A stretch of DNA of 64,000 nt from Sphingomonas sp. (GTDB taxonomy: Bacteria; Pseudomonadota; Alphaproteobacteria; Sphingomonadales; Sphingomonadaceae): NCBI GenBank assembly GCA_019753375.1, contig JAIELC010000011.1, positions 10,096 to 74,095 on the forward strand. Reading direction: 5' to 3'. Position numbers and translations under genes: made by a program. The stretch's first letter is position 1, and each line of letters opens with the position of its first letter. Positions 58,492 through 64,000 of this stretch are shown here, piece after piece. The notes below the pieces were generated by a model. That model had not been told where the DNA came from. It saw nothing but the letters and a program-made list of their open reading frames with translations, and made no database searches.

Positions 58492-59118
58492 TCAAGCCCC
58501 GGCATGCGCACCCGCGGCAAAGCGATCGGCAATCCAAGCCTGCGCGGCGGGCCAGTCATCGATCCGGACATGCGCGGCGGGCGCCGGGGGCACATGCGGC
58601 GCGAGTTCAGGCTCTGCCACCATATGCAGCCGGTGAACCTGGGGCGCATGCCGTGACACCGAATCATGGTGGACCGCCAGATCATCGACAAAGACGGTGA
58701 CGGGATTGCCATGTTCGGCCACCAGACGGGCCACCGGATCCCCCTTGCCCCCCTGATTCCATTCCACCCGCGTGACGATGCCAAAACGCGCCAGCTGTTC
58801 GCTGCGCGGGCCGACATTATGTTCGGCGAGATTGGTCAGGATGACGATGTCGGCGATCGCCCCCAGTGCCTGCATCGCTTCGTCAGCGCCCGGTACCAGC
58901 GTCTGCCGGTGCATTTCGGCAGGGAAAAACCCGTCCAGATAGCCGCGCATGTCATCGATCGTCAGGTCAGGGCCGCCGCCACGGCGGGTCATGCTTTTAA
59001 GCATGTCACCCGCGCCCAGTTGCACATCGATATCATGCACATCGCCCAGCCAGGTGCCGAAATGACGGATCATGTGCAGCAGCACTTCGTCGCAATCGCA
59101 GATCAATAAAGGCTTCAT
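58492..59118 (-). CDS. HAD-like hydrolase
   Basis: DCDEVL, ILTN, K, FVDD motifs. Confidence 0.85.
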   Translation of the reverse strand: MKPLLICDCDEVLLHMIRHFGTWLGDVHDIDVQLGAGDMLKSMTRRGGGPDLTIDDMRGYLDGFFPAEMHRQTLVPGADEAMQALGAIADIVILTNLAEHNVGPRSEQLARFGIVTRVEWNQGGKGDPVARLVAEHGNPVTVFVDDLAVHHDSVSRHAPQVHRLHMVAEPELAPHVPPAPAAHVRIDDWPAAQAWIADRFAAGAHAGA

Positions 59119-59387
59119 GAATTCTCCAGCCGATCACGGATCGCGATCAATATTTGGGGTTGGGTACCGATAGCGGCGGCACAGGCGATCAGGTCAGGTT
59201 CATGCGCGCTGAGGAAATCCAGCACGGCGACCAATGTCGATGGCGTATCGATGGCGGCGCGCAACGCCTGCGGATCAAGTCCCGTCAAGGCCAGCAACCG
59301 TTCGGCGCGCGCGGGATCGGCAAGCGTCCAGGCCAGTGCCCCGAGCGCCAGGACGGTTGGGTCTTGATTTGCCGTCGCGTCGCGCAT
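59115..59387 (-). CDS. DUF3572 family protein
   Basis: LALTGL.P..LR, VLDFL..HE; divergent from divK. Confidence 0.8.
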   Translation of the reverse strand: MRDATANQDPTVLALGALAWTLADPARAERLLALTGLDPQALRAAIDTPSTLVAVLDFLSAHEPDLIACAAAIGTQPQILIAIRDRLENS

Positions 59388-59422
59388 TGCCTATTCGGAT
59401 ATGATTGGAAGGAAAAAATCCC

Positions 59423-59794
59423 GTGGCAAAAAGGGTGTTGGTTGTCGAGGACAACGAACTCAATCTGAAACTTTTCTGCGATTTGCTGCGCGCGCACGCC
59501 TTTGTGGCTGAGCCCGTGCGCGACGGGCGCGAGGCGCTGGCCCGCGCGCGTTTTTTCATGCCCGATCTGATCATCATGGATATCCAGATGCCGCACGTAA
59601 CGGGGTATGAATTGATCGCGCAGCTCAAGGCCGACCCAAACCTGCGCACGATACCGATTATGGCGGTCACCGCCTATGCGGGGCGGGACGATGAAGAGCG
59701 AATCCGGGCGGTTGGCGCGGACGCCTATGTCTCAAAGCCGATTGCGCTCGCGCGGTTCATCGATCAGGTCAACACCCTGATCAATCCCGCCTGA
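59423..59794 (+). CDS. divK: Single-domain response regulator DivK
   Basis: VLVVEDNELNLKLF.DLL, MDIQ, AVTA, SKPI; synteny with DUF3572 and rpmG. Confidence 0.85.
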   Translation: MAKRVLVVEDNELNLKLFCDLLRAHAFVAEPVRDGREALARARFFMPDLIIMDIQMPHVTGYELIAQLKADPNLRTIPIMAVTAYAGRDDEERIRAVGADAYVSKPIALARFIDQVNTLINPA

Positions 59795-59832
59795 CATACC
59801 AGCTGCCCGAGTTGGTCGCTGCCCGACATAAC

Positions 59833-59861
59833 AAAAGCCGCGAGGGGCGTCCCCGCGGCTT
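59833..59861 (-). terminator. Rho-independent terminator downstream of rpmG
   Basis: AAGCCGCG/CGCGGCTT stem with T-run on the minus strand. Confidence 0.65.
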
Positions 59862-59902
59862 GCGTCCGGCAGTCCGACCCGCAGGCGGCGGGTCGATGTG
59901 CC

Positions 59903-60070
59903 TTACTTGATCTTGGCTTCCTTGAACTCGACATGCTTGCGCACGACCGGGTCATATTTGCGGAAGGTCAGCTTGTCGGTCTGGGTGCGCGGGTTCTTCT
60001 TGGTGACATAGAAGAAGCCGGTATCAGCCGAGCTCACGAGCTTAATCTTGATAGTGGTCGGCTTTGCCAT
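59903..60070 (-). CDS. rpmG: 50S ribosomal protein L33
   Basis: [26 protein letters not shown]...KYDPV. Confidence 0.97.
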   Translation of the reverse strand: MAKPTTIKIKLVSSADTGFFYVTKKNPRTQTDKLTFRKYDPVVRKHVEFKEAKIK

Positions 60071-60196
60071 GACCTGAATTCCTGCGATTCTGTGTAAAAA
60101 AGACAAAGCGGCGAACGCGAGCCCGCCGCCGATCAGGGCGCGCGATTGGCGCAACTGACGACGAATGTCAAGCCGCCGCCCCAGCATTGGCGCGCG

Positions 60197-60212
60197 TTAA
60201 CCGGCCTTTTAC
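60197..60212 (+). promoter_or_regulatory. Putative CtrA box
   Basis: TTAA-N7-TTTAC upstream of the 60291 CDS. Confidence 0.45.
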
Positions 60213-60290
60213 CATGCCGCGCGCAGTCTTGTCCCAAAGAACCAACGATAACGGATCAGCATCGCACGCAAGCATTGATGGGGGCAGAGG

Positions 60291-60602
60291 ATGAAATCGA
60301 TCGAACAGGCCCGCGCCGACCTTTCGCAGCGGCTCTTCGCAATTGGCAGTCGCACGGCCAGCGCGCCGATCAGCCAGATCGCCACCGAAATCGAATCGAT
60401 CCGGCGCATCGCGCAGGCGCACGGCCTGTATTCGGCGGCAAGCGTGGCGCATGCATTGGAAATGGCATTGGGACGCGGCGAACGCGGTGCCCTGATCGAT
60501 GGCTGGCTTGCAATCCTGCGGGATGCGGTTGGCACCGAACGCAACGATCCGCAGGCCTGTAACGCCTATGCGGCGGCGTGTTCGGTGCGGCTGACGGGCT
60601 GA
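60291..60602 (+). CDS. Small helical hypothetical protein (HPt-like pattern)
   Basis: GAGG RBS; IRRIA..HGL..A..VAHALE pattern. Confidence 0.65.
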   Translation: MKSIEQARADLSQRLFAIGSRTASAPISQIATEIESIRRIAQAHGLYSAASVAHALEMALGRGERGALIDGWLAILRDAVGTERNDPQACNAYAAACSVRLTG

Positions 60603-60614
60603 TCGACCGCTGTC

Positions 60615-61181
60615 ATGGATGCGTTGATGGCCGGGTTTGTTGCCGCGCTGCTGACCCAGGCAAGCGACCGGGCGCCTTGGCTTTCCGCGCGACTTGCTGA
60701 TCAGTTTGCGACGAGGCGCGCCGTTATTATCGCGGTCGCCCTGGCCGTTGCCGCCAGCAATGCGATCGGCGCCGCGGGCGGTGCGTTGGTCGCGCCGCTG
60801 ATGACCCCCAATGCCCGCGCCCTGTTGCTTGGTCTCGCCATGCTATCGGCGGGCATGACCGCGCTTTGGCCAGCCAAACCCCTGCCACAACCGGGCGGCA
60901 GATCGCTGGGTGTTTTTGCCACCGCCGTGATGAGCCTATTGGCCATGAGCATGGGCGATCGCACACAATTGCTGACCGCCGCCATCACGGCCCGCAGTAA
61001 TTTGCCTGCCTTTGCCGCGATCGGCGCAACCATCGGGACGTTGGCGGTGCATATTCCTGCAATTGTGGCAGGCGAGCAGGCAGCTCGACGCTTGCCGACC
61101 CGGGCAGTCAGCGTGGCAATTGCCGCGCTTTTCATCCTGGCCGGGGCCATCGCCCTGCTCAGCGCCCTGCGTCTGATCTAG
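60615..61181 (+). CDS. TMEM165/GDT1 (UPF0016) family membrane protein
   Basis: Two repeats, MGDRTQ and degenerate ASDRAP. Confidence 0.75.
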   Translation: MDALMAGFVAALLTQASDRAPWLSARLADQFATRRAVIIAVALAVAASNAIGAAGGALVAPLMTPNARALLLGLAMLSAGMTALWPAKPLPQPGGRSLGVFATAVMSLLAMSMGDRTQLLTAAITARSNLPAFAAIGATIGTLAVHIPAIVAGEQAARRLPTRAVSVAIAALFILAGAIALLSALRLI

Positions 61182-61204
61182 GAAAGCCCCGCGTCTGATC
61201 TAGG
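61169..61204 (+). repeat. 14 bp direct repeat GCGTCTGATCTAGG
   Basis: Copies at 61169-61182 and 61191-61204. Confidence 0.85.
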
Positions 61205-61303
61205 CAATCTGTCAGCCTGATCGTGAGATTGCATCAAGCCGATTGGGACCCAATCCGCTATTGAAACGTTTGATTCGCGTCCGTTTCAAAAAGGAGAACG
61301 CTG

Positions 61304-61798
61304 ATGGCTGCCGATGCCGCGCTGAACACACCGACAGATATCAAATCAAATGCCGCCAAGACCGTCGCCGAGGCACTGAACGGCATCCTCGCCGACTCCT
61401 ATGCGCTGTACTTCAAGACCAAGAATTTTCACTGGCATGTCTCTGGCCCGCATTTTCGCGACTATCACCTGATGCTGGACGATCAGGCCACGCAGATCCT
61501 TGCCACCACCGACGCGATTGCAGAGCGCGTTCGCAAGACCGGCAACACCACGCTTCGATCGATCGGTGATGTTGCCCGGCACCAGACAATCAAGGACAAT
61601 GATGCCGATTTCGTGGCGCCAGACGCCATGCTGGCCGAGCTGCGCGACGATAATCTGAAGCTGGTGGCCAGCCTGCGCGAAGCCAAGGATATTGTCGATG
61701 CGGCCAGGGATAACGCGACCAGCGGTATTCTGGATGACTGGACCGATCAGGCCGAAGAGCGCGCGTGGTTTTTGTTCGAAGCAAGCCGCAAGGCCTGA
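61304..61798 (+). CDS. dps: DNA starvation/stationary phase protection protein
   Basis: KTKNFHWHVSGPHFRDYHLMLD, DAIAER. Confidence 0.95.
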   Translation: MAADAALNTPTDIKSNAAKTVAEALNGILADSYALYFKTKNFHWHVSGPHFRDYHLMLDDQATQILATTDAIAERVRKTGNTTLRSIGDVARHQTIKDNDADFVAPDAMLAELRDDNLKLVASLREAKDIVDAARDNATSGILDDWTDQAEERAWFLFEASRKA

Positions 61799-61947
61799 CG
61801 CGCGGGCGGGGTTCCGGAATGCCGCTGTGCACGCGGTGACTTGAGCAGCGTCGGCCGGCATGGCCTGCTATGGCGCGCCCGGCTGCTGAACCGTCCTTTC
61901 GGCGGTCTGGCAGCCGAGCCGCGTTTGCGCCATTGATCGAAACCGGC

Positions 61948-63543
61948 ATGCGAGCATTTGCGACTCTGATCGACCGGCTGGTCTATACGCGTTCGCGCAA
62001 CGCCAAGCTCAAACTGATCGCCGATTATGTGATCGCAACGCCCGATCCGGATCGTGGCTGGGCGATGGCGGCATTGACCGGCAGCATCGATATTCCCGCC
62101 ATCAAGGCGGGCGTGATCCGCACCCTGATCGAACAGCGCATCGATCCCGTGCTGTTCCGGATGAGCCGCGACTATGTGGGCGATACCGCAGAAACCGTTG
62201 CCCTGCTCTGGCCCACCCCTTGTTCGCTGCGGGACGATACGACCCCGCTCTCCCTTGGGGCGGTTGTTGACCGTCTGTCGTCGCTGCCAAGAGCACAAGC
62301 GCCCGACGCGCTGGCCGCGATGCTGGACCGGTTGGATGCCGATGAACGGTTCGCGCTGCTAAAACTGGCCACCGGCGCAATGCGGATTGGCGTGTCCGCA
62401 CGGCTCGCCAAGACCGCATTGGCGCAGGCGTTCGCTCTCGACGTAGAGGCGGTGGAGGAAGTCTGGCATGCCATTGCCCCTCCCTATGCGCCGCTATTTG
62501 CGTGGGGAACGGGTACCGCCCCGCAACCAATCGCCGTCGATTTGCCGGTGTTTCGGCCCTTCATGCTGGCGCACCCGCTGGACGATGCCCGGGTTGATCT
62601 GGCCGATTATGCCGCGGAGTGGAAATGGGACGGGATTCGCGTCCAGATTGTCCGGACTGGTGGGGAAACCCGCCTGTTCAGCCGGGCGGGCGACGATATT
62701 ACCCGCAGTTTTCCGGATATTGCGGGCGCCTTTACCGGCACCGGCGTGGTCGACGGTGAATTGATGGTCAAAGGCGATATCCAGGGCGGCACGCTGGAAA
62801 ATGGTGGTGGCGCGGCCAGTTTCAACGCGCTCCAGCAACGGCTGGGTCGCAAGACGGTGTCGGCAAAGATGTTGGCCGACTATCCTGCCTTTGTCCGTCT
62901 TTACGATATCCTGTTCGACGGGACAGAGGATCTGCGTATTCTGCCGTGGTCCGCGCGCCGCGCCCGGCTGGAAACATTTGCCGCCGCCCTCGACGCCGGG
63001 CGTTTTGATGTCAGCCCGCTGATCGCGGCCAATGATTTTGGCGCGCTGGAGCAACTTCGCGCGGGCGCACGCGACGCGGCGATCGAAGGCGTCATGCTGA
63101 AGCGTCGCGACAGCAGCTATATCGGCGGCCGCCGTGTCGGCCTGTGGTACAAATGGAAACGCGATCCGCTGACGGCGGACTGTGTGATGATGTATGCGCA
63201 GCGCGGGTCGGGCAAGCGATCGAGCTTTTATTCCGATTATACCTTTGGCTGCTGGAGCGATGATGGCCAGTTATTGCCGGTCGGCAAAGCCTATTCGGGA
63301 ATCACCGACGACGAGCTGAAATTTCTCGACCGCTTTGTCCGCACCAATACCACCGGTCGCTTCGGTCCGGTCCGCGAAGTCGAAAAGACCCTGGTCCTGG
63401 AAGTCGCTTTTGATTCAATCCATGCCTCGAGCAGGCACAAATCGGGGGTAGCGATGCGGTTTCCGCGAATCGCCCGGATCAGAACCGACAAGCCAGCGAC
63501 AGAGGCGGATACGGTCGCCGGGCTGAAACGTCTGATCAGCTAG
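61948..63543 (+). CDS. ATP-dependent DNA ligase (DNA-damage-response type)
   Basis: EWKWDGIR, EGVMLK, WYKWK, MRFPR; start placed at ATG 61948. Confidence 0.92.
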   Translation: MRAFATLIDRLVYTRSRNAKLKLIADYVIATPDPDRGWAMAALTGSIDIPAIKAGVIRTLIEQRIDPVLFRMSRDYVGDTAETVALLWPTPCSLRDDTTPLSLGAVVDRLSSLPRAQAPDALAAMLDRLDADERFALLKLATGAMRIGVSARLAKTALAQAFALDVEAVEEVWHAIAPPYAPLFAWGTGTAPQPIAVDLPVFRPFMLAHPLDDARVDLADYAAEWKWDGIRVQIVRTGGETRLFSRAGDDITRSFPDIAGAFTGTGVVDGELMVKGDIQGGTLENGGGAASFNALQQRLGRKTVSAKMLADYPAFVRLYDILFDGTEDLRILPWSARRARLETFAAALDAGRFDVSPLIAANDFGALEQLRAGARDAAIEGVMLKRRDSSYIGGRRVGLWYKWKRDPLTADCVMMYAQRGSGKRSSFYSDYTFGCWSDDGQLLPVGKAYSGITDDELKFLDRFVRTNTTGRFGPVREVEKTLVLEVAFDSIHASSRHKSGVAMRFPRIARIRTDKPATEADTVAGLKRLIS

Positions 63544-63553
63544 CGAAAAGGCA

Positions 63554-64000
63554 TCAGGCTGCGGCTTCGACCCACACCGACTGATGGTGCAGCCGGGCAT
63601 CGCCATAGGCCGTCAAAAAGGCGACATCGGCGGCATCGCGCCCGACGCCGATCGTTGCCATCACGCCGTCACGCGCCATGCCCGTCGCATCGATCAGGTG
63701 CCAGGCGCCGCTTAGAAAAATCTCTGCGACCGCGTGAAAGTCCTGCGGTTCGACGCCGAGCGCGTAGACACTGGCGATCCGCGCCGGAACACCAGCCGCG
63801 CGTGCCAGCGTGATCATGACATGGGCGAAATCACGACAAATGCCCTGTCGTCGTACAAAGGTATCAAGCGCCGTGGTGTCTGATGTGCTGACCCCCGGCA
63901 CATAGCTGACATGCGCTTCGATCCAGTCGCGCATCGCGAGGATTTGCGCGCCGCCTTCGAGCTGGCCAAATTCGGACTTCACAAAGGTTTCAAACTGATC
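63554..64000 (-). CDS. Transglutaminase-like protein (5' end outside the window)
   Basis: GICRDFAH, DFHAVAE, W..IDAT catalytic triad. Confidence 0.88.
   Translation of the reverse strand, partial: DQFETFVKSEFGQLEGGAQILAMRDWIEAHVSYVPGVSTSDTTALDTFVRRQGICRDFAHVMITLARAAGVPARIASVYALGVEPQDFHAVAEIFLSGAWHLIDATGMARDGVMATIGVGRDAADVAFLTAYGDARLHHQSVWVEAAA

Noticed and set aside
1-64000. CRISPR array, rRNA, intact IS or prophage, riboswitch
   Set aside because: No regularly spaced repeats, transposase, phage structural genes or recognisable riboswitch seen by eye; a covariance-model scan was not possible

Overview
GC-rich alphaproteobacterial chromosome segment; gene content and order suggest a sphingomonad. 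From left to right: (1) a probable sulfoquinovose-utilisation locus (GH188-type NAD+-dependent sulfoquinovosidase, TonB-dependent receptor, MFS transporter, YeiH-type sulfite/sulfate exporter, LacI regulator, two near-identical operator sites); (2) housekeeping genes (class A PBP, threonine aldolase, pepN, csaA, fzlA, gltBD, uppP); (3) tRNA-Leu(CAG) followed by a P4-type integrase remnant and an accessory block of about 8 kb; (4) a large sigma54/sigma28-type flagellar cluster with a second, degenerate PomA/PomB-like stator pair; (5) argG, two tandem GT-C-like membrane proteins, divK, rpmG, dps and an ATP-dependent DNA ligase. The best candidate for an undescribed system is in the accessory block: a translationally coupled operon of ferritin-like diiron protein, KAS III-type ketosynthase and ABC exporter. 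It carries the same TGTAAC[CT]-N16-CGAA (ECF16/SigF-type) promoter as the adjacent thioredoxin-CcdA pair, which suggests a stress-induced pathway that makes and exports a lipid-like metabolite. All assignments come from motif reading and recalled family knowledge; no searches were run.
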